A DNA stretch of 64,000 bases. It comes from Vitrella brassicaformis CCMP3155 (Eukaryota > Protista > Chromerida). The stretch lies in contig CDMY01001057.1 of NCBI GenBank assembly GCA_001179505.1, positions 62,001-126,000 on the forward strand, given 5' to 3'. The position numbers and the translations under genes are program-made. The first letter of the stretch is position 1, and each line of letters opens with the position of its first letter. Under the pieces are notes generated by a model. That model searched no databases. It was not told the DNA's origin and was given only the letters and a program-made list of their open reading frames with translations. Below are positions 1 to 13,317 of the stretch, one piece after another.

Positions 1-626
1 CGGCTGCATACGCCAACTCCAAGCTGCTGCAGATGATGCACTGCAAGGAAATGGCCAAGCGGTTCAGAGAGGAAGGGGCGCCCATCACATGTGCGTCTGC
101 GAGAGAGGGGAATGAATGAACAGCGCAGCAATCGATGTGTGTGTGTGTGTGTGTGTGTACGTATGGTGCTTCCTTCCCCTCAGGCAATGCGGTGACGCCC
201 GGGATGGTCAACACGGATCTGTTCCGGTCCTACCCCATGGCAGTCCGCGTCCTCACCGCCCCCATACGCAGAATGTTCATGAGGTCAGCCATCCCCTCAA
301 CCACCCAACCAGAGAGGGAAATGCCTGGATGAATGGCCGTCTTCATGTCGTGTGCAGGACGCCATCTGAGGGTGCGGAGCTGCTCACGTGGGCCGTCACG
401 AGCGAGGAGCTCAACGACAGCAACGGCGAGTTCTTCGCTGACCGGAAGGTACCCAAGGGGGCATGCATCTGGACGGCGATCGAGACACGTGTCTGTGTTT
501 GGCTGTGTGTGTCAGGCCGTGCGGGTGAATGATGCTGCGAAGGATGAGTTCCTCGTGGACATGGTGGCGTCGCTGTGGAGGCAGACCGCGAGACAGATGT
601 TTGTGCTGGCCGATGAGGCGGGCTAG
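1..626 (+). CDS. Short-chain dehydrogenase/reductase (retinol dehydrogenase-like), 3' part; exons 1-90, 184-283, 358-448, 516-626
   Basis: Spliced translation AAYANSKLLQMMHCKEMAKRF...CNAVTPGMVNTDLF...TPSEGA...GEFFAD has the catalytic YxxSK and the PGxVxT motif; GT-AG introns keep frame; TAG at 624-626. Confidence 0.85.
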
Positions 627-1050
627 TGTTGGATGGGGGAAGAAGCAGACAGGCTCGGCCCCGTGTTGGTTTCGTGTGTGACATAGGACATTTAGTGTAT
701 TGGGACGTGCGTGTGGATTGTATGGCAGTCGATGGCTGTGCTTGTGCTCACCTGTCTGACGGGCTCGGCAAACAGAGTGCACCGTCTCACCGCGGTGGCT
801 CTTGTTTGTGGAACTCATCGCGCAGGCCAGTACAAGCGTAGTCCATCAGACTGATGCCAAGAAAGACTCATCGCTTCATTCGACCAGTAAAATGATCCCG
901 CACATGAATGACTCTAGCTGTACACACGAATGGTCTCATCCATGACTGTACAGCACCACGAAGCCTCCCAACTGTACACACACTCGCACGCACGTCTCTC
1001 TCCACAACAGGCAGGCTATGCAGCTATCCATCGTCCCTCCGCTATTATAT

Positions 1051-4000
1051 TTACACGTCCTCCTGCACATTGCCCGTCCCCAGCTTCACATACGCATCAC
1101 CCACCCTACTCAGCAAGTCAACATCCGTCAAATCAAGTGGCGTCGAATCGTTGCCCCGCATCACCGTCTCAGCAACATAGCTCTTCCGGTGACCCGAATA
1201 CGCCCCGGCCTTCTCCAGCCACAGACAGCAAGACGGATATTGGCAGCCGGCACCAGCCTCGGGCGCCCCGTCTGGCAGCCGCTGCACCGCACACCCAGGC
1301 AGGTACCTCTCGGCCGCGGCGGCCTGCTCGATCGTCCACAGGACGCAATTGTTGCTCCAGTCCTCGGCAAAGAAGCCAGTGAACCCGGTGGCGAACCAGG
1401 CGTAGACGAGGCAGTGCTGCGTCTCGGCGCAGGTGGCCTTGCACTCGAATTGCGACGAGGTGGTGAAGGCCCACACGGACGCATATCTGAGCTCGGGGTG
1501 GGCGGCTGCCGTGCCGGGGGCCCCTGGGATGGGCGTGAGGTTGCTGTAGTCCTCAAAGTCGGTCAGGAAGGCCTCAGTGCCGTTGTACGAGACGAAGGGG
1601 AACACCGACCCATAGACACCGGCCGTGGGCTGCCACGAATCGACGAGAAGGTGGGAGAAGCCAGAGTTGGGTGGCAGCGGGGCCAGCTGTGTTGTGAGGC
1701 TGGAGAGATAGTCCTGGACAGCTCCGGCGAGGTGGGTGAAGCAGTAGGTCTGCTGTGTGAAGGTCACGCACCGACCCCGCCACGACAGAGGGATGGCCGG
1801 CAGCTGGAACTGCGAGAAGGGCGTGTCTGTGGTGGCGTTGGCGGCCACGAAGGCCTCGTGCCACACACTGACCACACACCCGCCCCCATCGGTCCGGCTC
1901 GCACACGACTGCTCACATTCACTTCTCGTCGCCGTGTAGGGCCAAGCCCAGCCCTCAGTGGCCTCCAATTGTAGGCGATAGAAGCCGTCTGTCCGGTTCT
2001 CGTAGCACACGATGTCTGGGCCCGGCGCGCCGACCACTTGTGTGAGAGGCGTGACGTGGCTGTACTGCCAGTAGGGTGGGTAGTCGCATACGCCTGAGGA
2101 GAAGATGCAGTACTGGCCGGGGGGGCAGTCGTCGTCGATCTGGCAGCACCCCCCGCCGCCACGTGGAGATATGGACGAGTGGCAGTGGCTCGAGCAGGAT
2201 GGGCCGAAGGAACCTATTTGTGTGGATGCAGGGACAATGAGAGCTGTGTCGTCCATCGGTGTGTGCCTTGGGGGATACCAGGTGAGCAGACGCACGTGCC
2301 ATTGACGAGACAGACACCCTGGCCGCTACAGGGCACAGGCACTGACGGGAAGTAACGATTGTTGCCCGCCGGGCACACCTGCACACGCACAGAAAGGGGC
2401 CGTGTGAAGCTCATAAATCGGCTCCCATTTGGCTGACCTCATGTCCACAGTGGCAAGGTGTGGGTGTGTTGTTGTAGAGGCCGAACACATCTTCAGGCAT
2501 CAGCTCGTTGCGGTACAGCGTGGCCTTGGCAATCCGGCCAGAGAAGAAGGGGCTCTTCAGGAATCGACCCCTCAGCACCTGCACCTCCTTGATGCCGAAG
2601 ATGGGCTGACCAGTCGCGGGAAAGTTCTCCTGTGGCGTCTGCAGGTCCAGCAGCACATATCTCGCATTCGCAATCGGGTTCAGGTACACCAGAGCGGCCT
2701 CGCGCAGCCTGGCGGTGTCGACAACGACTGTGCGGACGAGCGACGCGGGGTTGGTGAGGGTGGCCAGAGTGGTGGAGAGGTAGACGTCAAATTGCTGCGG
2801 GGGGTAGTCCCAGATGATCTCTATCGTCCCGACTCCCTGTACGGCCCCCAGGTCGACCTGCCATGTGGCCGTGGCGACACCGTCCTGCGAGAGCCATGAT
2901 GTGTCGATGAGGCCGTCGACTGCGCTGCCTGCCTCCCTGGCGACGCTGTATGAGCTGCTGGCCGATGCGGGCTGGCCCTGCGCCAGCAGGATGGCCGTGC
3001 TGTGGAGGCCGAAGAGGATGTCACTCGTGCTGTCGAATGAGGCGTGGGGGGTGCCCGCTGCCGTCTGATAAGGGCTGCCGTACTGGACAACACACGCACA
3101 AAAAGGACGGCGTGTGTATGCGTGTATCCGCATGTGTGTGTGTGTGCGGTAGCTCACCACGACGCCGTTTCGATAGAGTGTGACGGTTTGGTTTGCCCCC
3201 CACGTGGCCACGATGTGCACCATTTGCCCCGTCTCGTCGGCGTAGACCGGGCCAGCCCATCCTACAGGCGTCGCCCTGTTGGGATCGTCGCTGTCGATAC
3301 GCCACTGGCCTGTGCCATCGCCCCCCTCAAACACGATCGCGTCGAATTGCTGAAACCACACAGACACACGGCTATATCTTGTTGTTCGATTCGCTGTCGT
3401 CGGCTCCACTGACCGATCCATCGGCGGTTTGCACGGACATGACGCCGCCCCCTCCCTGATTCACCCACACTCGCGCCTCTCGCAGCCCGAAAGCGTCACA
3501 GCCGAGATGGTAGGGGGTCGCCGGCGCACTCATTGCCGGAGCTGTGCAGCCGGCGTGGAACGACGTGGCAATGACGCGGACGAAGCGAGCGTTGCCGATG
3601 AGGGGGGAGTCGTACGTGGCATTGACCGTCGGGGCCTGGAAAAGGAGAAGGACCACAGAGAAAGGAACTAAGGGTGCTTGTGGCGCTGTGGTGGTGTCTC
3701 GCTGTCTTCTCACCGGTATGTTGATGGTATCCATGGTGACGTATGTGCCGGGGTTGTCCGGGGCGTCCCGGTCGACAGAGTACTGGATGGAGTAGGTCTT
3801 TGGCTCGTACCACCACTTGAGTGTGACGGCCGACAGCGGCTGGATGTACTCGAGATCGATGTCGATGTGGGCGGGCGCCTCACCCAGCGCAGAAACCCAC
3901 GAGGTGTCGTCGTTATCGTCAAGCGCCCACTCGGCCGGGTATTGCCACGTCGACGAGGCCGTCACCGACGCGCCCACAGCCACATTATAGTTGAGCGAGG

Positions 4001-7000
4001 TGCGGAACTCCTGTGCGTGACAGACATCCACAAACTTATTTATCGCGTCTTTTTTGTCTCTCTATGCAACTGACCTTGACGCCGATTTGCAGGAATCCAT
4101 TCTCGTTGAGTGTGAGAGTGTTGGTGACCTCCAGTCTCACATACCGACCCACGGCGAGGAAGGCGTGTGTGGTCTGGTCCAGCGTGTTGGCCGCCACCGA
4201 GTCGACAAGCAGCGCACTAGCCGTGCCGAAGTCGACAGTGTCGTTGGCCAACCAGAGGTTGAATGACCGTGCCTTGAGGTCCCAGTCGATCTCGATGCCC
4301 TCCAGCTCGAACGTGCCGCCCATGTCCACTGTCCATGTGGCTGACGTGAGGCCCTCCTGCGCTCGCCAGGCGGTCGTGTCGTCGCCGTCGTTGGCGTTCG
4401 TGGCGACGTAGGTGGCGTTGGCCTCAGTCGATGCTGTGGCCGGTTCGCCAAGGGCACTGTTCGTACCTGAGACCACCCAGTGAGGCGTGTGGGTGAGCGT
4501 GTGTGTCGTGCCGTGTCGTGTGAGTCATTGAGACTTGCCTTGGTCGACTTTGAATTCCTTGATGGCGTAGAGGGGCTGCTCGAGTGTCCGCTGCGCATCC
4601 ATCGGACGCAACAAGTCCAACCTGATCAACACACACACATCCATACATTCCCGCGTATCGTCTGTGCGCAGGCACCACACGACGAGGCTCACTTGACGTA
4701 TCTGGCGGAGAGCCGCACATTGGCCTGTGTGTGGTACACCAGCTGGGTGGTGTTGTAGATCAGCTCCTCGGCCAGCAGTGTCCAGGCCACGTTGTCCACC
4801 GACCCACTGATGCGGAAGTGAGCAGCGGGGTACAGCCAGTGGATGTAAATGCCGCCCTTGAAGACCTGCACCGAGGCCAGGTCCACCTTTAGCTCGGCCG
4901 TCTGCGCCTCAACGCGAGAGTACCAGCTGGTGTCGAAGTCGCCGTCGAGTGCGTTTGTGAGGGGATAGGACCAGTAGGGGTTGCCTGGGGCAGCTGACAG
5001 GGTGTGAGGGACGCCACTGGCGATGCCTTCGAGTTCATAGATACCTGAAGAAGAAGAATCGAGAACACGTCAGATAAGGATAAGGAAACTACACATCATT
5101 TTGTCATTCTGCCCGCCTTACCAATGAGAGTGAGTCCGTAGTAGGTGGATGCAGGTGCGGCAGTCGTGATGTCGACCGACACAAGCTGCCCCGTCAGCCC
5201 CACGGGCATCGTGTAGGTCGTGTTGTAGTCACTGTTGCCCACCACCGTCTCAACGACAGCCCCGTCCACTGCTATGGTGAAGTCGGCAGCGGGGTACTTC
5301 CACAGGATGGTGATGGTGTCAATCGGCTGCACGCTGCCGATGTCGGCTTCGAAGGTCAATGCGTCCTGACCAAAGGGGCCAAGCCAGAAGGTCTGCAGCT
5401 GCTGATCTGAAAGACGACACACGCACACACACATTCGCCAGTTGATGGATCCTCATAGTGCATTCAGTCTCACCTATGGCGGCGAATGGCAGGTACTCTT
5501 GTGCGGGGCTGCTGTAAGTCCAGTGTGGTGGGGCGGTGCCGGCGACGGTCTGCACGCCTGCGCCCACATCGACCGCCTCGTACAGCTCGATCTCTTGTAT
5601 GCCGAAGGCCGGCCACCCGCTGCCGTCGACGTCAATGGGCTGACGCAGCCGCAGGGTGAGGAACTGACCTGACACGTATAACACACAGAGAGAGCACCGG
5701 TGTCGATTCTCATTTCCTTTTCGCCCCCCATGTATCCGCTTACAATCGAACAGCCGCGAGAGCTGAACGAATGCAGCCACATTGCCCGTGAAGGCCTCGA
5801 CAGTGACGTCGCTCCCTCCTCCCACTCGGCTGATCACATCGACCTCCCCAGCGGCATACTCAAAGTCCACCCGCAGTCCCACCAGCTGCCGCACGCCGCT
5901 CAGATCAACTTGCACCGTCGCCTCGGTGATGTTGGGGAGAGTGCGCCAGTAAGTGGCCAGGTTGCCGTCGACGGTGTTGTTTGGCGGGTGAGTGTCGATC
6001 ATGTCGACAGACGATGCGGTTGCCGGCCTGTTGAGGGCTGCGTTGCGGGCGGGTATGAGGTAGATCTCGAATAGCCCGATGCGGCGGAAGTTGGAGGGGT
6101 CGCGCTGAACGCCATTGAAGGTCTCGAGGTAGAGGTAGCGAGCTCGGAAATATCCCCTCCGAGTGTTGGTGTCGTCGGTGTTGCCGCTGAGGGACATGTA
6201 TGTGCTCGTGAAGACGCCCGCCTCGGAGATGCGGATCTCATACGACTGATGATAACACACACAAAAACAGAAAATGGGGCAATGACTGCATTTCCCCTGC
6301 TGCCTGCCTGCCTGCCTGCCCGGCCTCTTACCTCAGCTCGATACATCCATCGTAGATCGATGCCCATGAGCTCCTGCACGCTGCCCAGGTCGATTGTCAG
6401 CGTGGCCGTCACCTGGTTGGGCAGCGTCATCCAGTAGGTCGACATCAAGCCGTCGGCACCCAGGGCTGCACCGTAGCCCGCCTCCTCCGACGTCGCCGTC
6501 ACCGACACACCGGCCCGAGCAGCAGGATTCAGCTGATAGACACGAATTTCTGAAGCCCCCAATATGGGCTGCATTGAGAGAGACATCCCACACAGACAGA
6601 AACGCGCGTCTCCGATTTCTTCATTTACTTGTTTCATTCCAACATGTACCTGGTCATCGAAGTCATTGAGAGCAGCTTGTGTGATGGCGATCCGCACGTA
6701 TCTCGCCGTGAACTGAGCCTCGACCTCGCTGCTGCTAGCTGCGTTGCCGGCCACGGTGGCCCGTGTGGTCCATGTGGTGCTGTCAGGTGAGCTCTGGACG
6801 GTGAAGTCCTGCGCGGGCCAGGTCCAGTCGATGCCGATGCCCTGGATGTCGTACGACGCCTCCAAGTCGATATCAACCGACGCCGCATTCGTGTTGGCCT
6901 CTGTAAGCCACGTTGTGTTGGTGTCGGTGTCGACGAGGTTGGCGGCTGGATGTGTGATGACCACTGGCGTCACGAGGGCGGTGTGTGTGGCGGCGGTGCG

Positions 7001-10000
7001 CTGGTTGAACGCCCCGTTGATGGCTGTGTAGACCTCAAATGACGTCAGCCCGATGACCTGGCGGCCGGAGGGATTGGTGAACCCGCCCGTGGCACTCACA
7101 TCCAGCTGAATATACCTGTGCACACAGACACAGCAACAGCAAGGGCAAGGGCAAAGAATGCAATTGTGCTGAGTGCGTGTGTGTCACTTGCGGACCTGAA
7201 CGTGCCGACGTGGTTGACTTCCACGTCGAGCGGTGCGGATATGTCCGTCTTGCTGTAGAAGGTCGTCCATGTGGATAGGTCAGTCGACCCAAGAAGATCG
7301 TAGAAAAGACCCGGATACTTCCACCTCAGGATGAAGGTGGCGCACTCGCGCGTCGCGTTGAGGGCAAACTGACACAGCACCACACGCATGCAGAGCAGTC
7401 TATCGTGACCACTGGTGGCTGTTCTCTCGGCGCCGTACCAGTATGTTAGCCTTTTGCAGGTCGGCTACGCCCCCCGCCTCCCACCATGTGTTGGGGTCGC
7501 CATCGACGGCGTAGTTGACGGGCTGCGGCCAGCCGGGCGGGTCTGACGTCCTGTGGGTGAAGGTATTGCCAAAGACGTCCTCGCCCGTCGCTTCCGCATA
7601 TATGCCCTACACACACGGATTGAATTGAAGCACACGTGTGTGGATGGATGGATGGATGGATGGAGGGTTGCGTACCAGTGCGATGTTGTTTGTGTCGCGC
7701 AGCTTGACGGTGACCTCCTGTATGCCGATCACCGGCAGGCCGAATCCGTCCGTCTGGCCGTTCTGCGTCACGTCGATCTTCAGATACCGCGCCACGAACA
7801 TCTGTGTGACGGAGTGGCTCGCAGACGACTCCATCGTGTAGCTGGCCAACGTCGTCCATGTCGCATCATCTGCACCAACAGCAACATCACAGCGTCGCGC
7901 TCGCATGCACAGCACACACGTCAATTACCAGTTGAGTGTTGGATGGAGAAGTCTCTGGCGTAGTATTCCCAATCGACGGAAGTCTTGACGACCGTATCTG
8001 CGGTCCCCAGGTCCACCTTGAACACCGCCGCAGTGGTGCCGGACGGCGTCAGCCAGTATGTCGCCAGCGACCCATCCACGGCATTCGATGACGGATGCAG
8101 CAGCGCCTTGGCCTCATTTGTCGCACTGCAAACAGACAGACAGACAGACACACCCGTTGTCCGCATGTGCGTGTGTGTCCCGTCCGTCCATCCACTCACG
8201 TGATGGGCTGTCTGTGCGCGAGGTTCTTGGCGGCCTCCCATACGGTCACCTCGTTGACAGTGAATGCCGGCCATCCATCCCCCTGTGGCCCCACGCCGGT
8301 CGGCCCCTCCACAGCCACACGCACATACCGACCCCTCGCGGATGACGGCACAGCAGCGAAGTCGGTGACGTTGGTGCCTGGAGGGAGGGATGCATCGCCG
8401 TCGAGGAGGGTGAATGTGGCGTTGTCGTCAGAGATGGAGAGGTTGAAAGCTGCGGGTGCGTCCTCCCATAGGATGGTGATGTTGTCAATCAGACGCTCCG
8501 TGCCGAGATCGACGTACCTGCATTCATACATACACACATGTGGGTGGAGGTGGGATGGTCGTGTGGTTGGGGTGTGTGTGTGAGATGTTGTCACCAGTTT
8601 GCGTGTGTTTGCTTTGGTCCTGATGCCCAGTAGGTGTTGGGATCGCCATCGACGGCGAGGCTCGCGGGATACTCTTCCATGTCATTCGTGTCAGTGCCAT
8701 ACGCCACTTGACCCTGACAACACACACATACATACCGGCACAACAACACACATCGGAGATACACACATACCCTGACACATCTCGATGATCCTCACCAGTG
8801 CCACATTAGTTCCCCTGCCGAAGGCAGTCAGCTCCCTCACCGCCACAAACACCCGATTGTCCAGCATCTCAGCACCCTCTATGAGCTCCAGACGCACAAA
8901 CTGGACCAACGGCGGCGACGCGGCATCCGCCTCAAAGTCCGTCAAGGCCACCCCTCCCCCGCCCCCAGTGTAGCTCTGCTGCACCACATACGTCGCCGGC
9001 AGCCCGTCGGGCGAGGTCTCGAGTGTGAATGCGGCAGGGGATGCCTTCCACGTGAGGCGGATGACGTCGATGGCCACAGCGGGGCCGCCGAGGTCGACCA
9101 GCAGAATGGCCGTGTCGGTGCCGGGCGGCAGGGCCCAGTAGGTCAGTGGATCGCCGTCCACTGCCAGCTCAGGGGAGTACTCGGCCTTTGCGAAGACGGT
9201 CCCCGATTTGAAGTGCGACAGAATGATGTCTGCGTAGGTCTCGACTTCCTTGACGGCCAGCATCGGGCCGAAGTCAGGGTGGCTAAATGCGGGAGACGAC
9301 AGCTGCAGCTGAAAGAATCGCCCCGCGCTGGGCACGAGGAAGTCCAGGTCGTATTGGTCGTTGGTGTTGTTCTGCTGGAAGAGGACCCAGGTGGATGTGC
9401 CGTCGAGTTGTGTGCGGAGGGTGTATGACTGAGGGGGCCAGGCGAAGAAGACCTTGACACGGCCCAGGTTCGTGTCGGTGCCCAGGTCGATGAGCACTTC
9501 TGCGGATGTCTGGCCCAGCTGGGCGGCCCAGTAGGTAGACAAATCGCTGTCAACCACCTTCTCTGATTGTGGAAAGATACACGACAGGAGATACATGGAT
9601 GGTTGTCAGTCTCCATTTCCATGTGCTTGCCTGGCAAGACGGTCTCTTCCCATAGGCTGTTTGTGGTGACGGGCTTCCCTGCAGCGGCGTTGGTGGCGGC
9701 CTCCTCTGTCGACACACGCACCCACACCTCCAGACTCTTCTCTGTCAAAGCCCCGTCAGCAAGATTGCCCAGCGGCTCCGTACGCACGTACTGCTCCTGC
9801 ACACACACACACACACACACACACACGCGCAGAGAGTCTAGTCTGTCTGCAGGCTCATCCACGTCGCCGTGTCATCCACACACCTGTGACTTGTTGAGTT
9901 GCAGCTCGTTGTCCCGCACCTCGGCCCCCTGATAGGCCGACCCATTCAGATTCCCAAACAGATCCCTTAACGGGTCGACCGGCAGACCCGCCTCATCGGT

Positions 10001-13000
10001 CTGAGTGAATGGCCACTCGGCCAAAGGTGAGTAGCACGCCTCGCGACTGGTGAACTCGCAGATAGAGTTCAAGCAGGCCATCTCGTCAGACCACACAGTG
10101 CCGTTGGTGGCGCTGAATTTGCTCAGGATGGCGTCGTTGATCAGAGAGGGGACAGTGTTGCTGAGCATGTTGGGAGCGCAGAGTGCCCCATAAATGGGGA
10201 ATGGGCGGCCGGGGCACTCAGCGAGGTAGTGTGTGGCGAGGCCGCTGAAGAGCCTCGTGACAGGGAAGCCCGTGTTGGTCAGGATCTCGGTCTCGCAATG
10301 GGTCCATGGATCGATGCCGTCCCCAATGGCTCTCGACACACAGTCGTACACCTGATCCTTCTGCAGCAGGGTGAGCTCCTCCATGTTGATGCCGGCCAGC
10401 AGACACGTCGAGCATGCGGCCCCGTCAGGGTAGTGCAGCAGCGGCACGGCCAGCGGTACGCCGCAATCGAGGGCGCAGTCGCCTTCGGGGTACTGCTCAA
10501 GACAGCTATAGCAGTCGGGGCGGTCGGCCGTCACTGTCCGCTCTGGGAACACATTGAGGGTCTGCGAGAGGTTGCGAGTGCTCGGATACAGTGTTCCTGA
10601 CACACACACGCAAATCGATCCATTGACAGTGTCTAGCACGACGTTGCTTCACACCTACCGGTAGAGCAGTCGCAGTCATCTCCCCAGATGTACCCATCGG
10701 GAGCCCTGAATGACGGCAGGCCCGTGACGTCATCGAGGTACAGCCCGCCCTCAGGCGTCCGCACCGGATCGCGACCCCACCGGTAGGGAGACGACGGATC
10801 GATGCCGAAATTGGAGGGCGTTGGCGTGAGCGGATTGCCGATCCGATACATCTGACACATAGAGACAAGGAAAGGACGGCGGGAATGATAAACGGACGCG
10901 TGTGCAATGTACGTGTTGTGTGTTGCGTGCGTGGATTGTTGTGCGTGCCGACCGTGCGTGCTCTGCATGTGCCGAATGGGAGTATGAGGTTGCAGTGGGA
11001 GTTGTATTTGCAACCCGTGCACAGGGTGTGCTTCTGGAAGGTGTCCGGCAGCGATGCACCGAAATCCCACGTCATGTTGGACGTCTCGAAACAGCGACAA
11101 GTGGTGCCGTAACGAAGCGCACAACTGCACAGGGGAAAAACCAGACATGTGTGCATTATCTGTGTCCATGCCGCTCCATGTGTGTGTTGCGCTGGTGCTC
11201 ACTCGTATTGGTATCCGTTGACATAGAGCTTCTGCAGGTCGAAGTACCTCACACACTTCTCGCATGAGCAGTGACCAAAGTAGAACCTCATGGGATCGGT
11301 CGCGTGCTCCGTCACGCACCACTGGGTCTCGCTCTTGGATTGGAACAAACTACCCTTTCCAGCCTTGTTGAGGATGAAGGCGTCCTGAATCACCTCTTTC
11401 CGCTGGCCCTCCCCGTCCGTCACCCACAGAGCTGCCGTCGAGGCAGGAAAGCGGACCTCCCTCACGCAGCCCAGCCAGTAGGGGTGCAGGGGGTCCCAGC
11501 TGACCTCGCCCCCTTTGCACGTCACCCCATCCAGCGGCGGTGCGCCTTCGAAGTGCGCGGCGATGCGGATTTCCTTGCGGGCGGCGTTCTGGATGTGTAT
11601 CTTCTCGTCCAGTGGGTCGCTGGATGTGGACTCGCACGACGTGATGTTTGATGCCGGGCATGCCCGCGTCTCGGTGAATTGCCATGAGAGGATGTCGACG
11701 GCGAAGCACTCGGGGGAGCCGCACGCGCCGGTGAAGCCGACGTAGGAGCGGCCGGGGCCTTTCTCGTCTGGCAGCAGGTCACCGCCCTGAGACGAGGTGG
11801 CTGTGAGGGTGTTGCCGGGATTGGGGTCAGCGATGTTGTTGATGTCCACCGGCACACGCAATACCTGCAGTGAGAGCAAGTATTCTTGCCTATATGTTGC
11901 TGTGTTGGTGTGTGTGGTCACCTCTATCTCGTCGACGGTGACGATGAGCAGCCCGAGGTCCCCCCTTGCCCAGCTGTCGAGCCATTCTGGGTTGAGCCGG
12001 GTGATGTGTGTGGAGGTGGGCAGCAGATCGTCGAACGACACTTCCCGGCTGAACGATATAAACACCTCGTGAGTGCCTGAAGAGAGCCAAGGACCAACAA
12101 GGACACACAAAGTCTGCCTAGCCCCTGTGTGCATTGGTGCCCCTCACCTACCTTGTTTGAGGTCTGGCAGGTCCCTCCCCTTGTGTATCTCGTTGGCATG
12201 GTTGTCCTGATTGGCGGCCGTGATCCTCGACTGCACCGACAGATGGTTGGCGTTCGGGTCCATCGCATCAGCGTCCCTGTACGTGTCAAACTCAATAGCC
12301 AGTCCCTGCGTCAGCCGATAGCCGAGCCCGTCCTCTCCTGTTGGCCAGAAGGCCACCGCCCCAGAGCCTACATCCGTCAGCAGCACGTTCTGCAGCACAA
12401 AGGCGAACCCCTGCTGGGCGCTGTCGAAGCACCACCTCGATGGCATAGACGCCGCAGTGCAGTGCACCGACTTGTGCAGCAGCATGAAGGTGAAGCGGGT
12501 CGAGAAGCCGTAGGTGATGAGCTGGCGAAATCGGTAGATAGCCGCTCCCCAGGCCAGCTCGTCGATGGCGCGCTTGGAGGCCGATGGGGCCACCACTCTG
12601 AGGCCATAGTGGCAGAACTGATCTCGGTCATGCGGCACGACGGCCGAGTCATCATCTGGGAAGAAGTCGGTGGTGATGTATGAGGCGACGAAGTTGTTGT
12701 TGGTGACGTTGGCTGCGAATGGGTTGTCGAGGTAGTCTTGGGCGAGGTAGGTTTGGAAGGGGTAGGAGGGCGGCACACGCAGCTGTGTGAAGAAGAAGGG
12801 CTCCGACGTGTTGCCGTAGGGCACATTGCGCGGGCAGGTCTCCTGCACACACACACACACACACTCACCATCCATTCATGAATGAATCACCCTCGCTGAA
12901 CGTACCTCGAATGATCCGCTGAAGAAGTCAAACGTGGCATCTTCGATGAGGTGGAAGTTGTTGGGGCCGTTCGTCTCAAGCTCGTCACGAAAGCTGACGA

Positions 13001-13064
13001 AGTTAAAGTCTGCAGCAGCGAAGGGCAGCAGGAGCAGACAGATCAGCAAGGACAGGTGCTGCAT
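1051..13064 (-). CDS. Giant secreted multidomain adhesin/lectin: signal peptide, L-type (legume) lectin, Cys-rich segments, LamG/ConA-like domain interrupted by 13 F5/8 type C (discoidin) domains, EGF-like and PAN/apple-like C-terminus
   Basis: Starts MQHLSLLICLLLLPFAAADF at 13064. Lectin motifs GFAFVLQ and LAIEFDTY at 12.2-12.5 kb. Repeated N(A/V)Ax...A(V/L)DG..T.W....vDLG...RY......I.E modules from 9.75 to 2.55 kb. LamG motifs KSLEVWVR, HIVATW...LYRNG and FFSGRIAKATLY. CSGQGVC EGF-like segment. TAA at 1051-1053. Many short GT-AG introns. Confidence 0.85.
9800..9826. repeat. (CA)n microsatellite, an example of many intronic (TG)n/(CA)n, (GACA)n, (GATG)n and (CT)n tracts
   Basis: Read directly; similar tracts near 135, 7642, 21859, 27674, 45106, 45352 and others. 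Confidence 0.9.
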
Positions 13065-13317
13065 TCACAGGCTACTAGAAGATGCCCAGATCACTTTGGC
13101 AATGGATAGATCCATAGATCCGTCATCAGGGATCTGGGTTGGGCAGTGCAAGTGTCCCGAGATATGAAATGTCCCAGGCTCCGAGCTGGACTCATCACCC
13201 AGCAGCGTCCCCTCTCTTTTCCCTTCTTCGTAGCGGCTTTCCCTTCTTCCTCCTGCGAGCTGCAGAGGAATCTACGGGGAAAATAGGTGCCAAGGACGCA
13301 ACCTTCGGAAAATAAGC

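Noticed and set aside
1018-1974. Long plus-strand ORFs opposite real genes (e.g. 1018-1974, 39910-40758, 51805-52659, 61742-62614)
   Set aside because: Antisense shadows of GC-rich coding exons, with no recognisable motifs.
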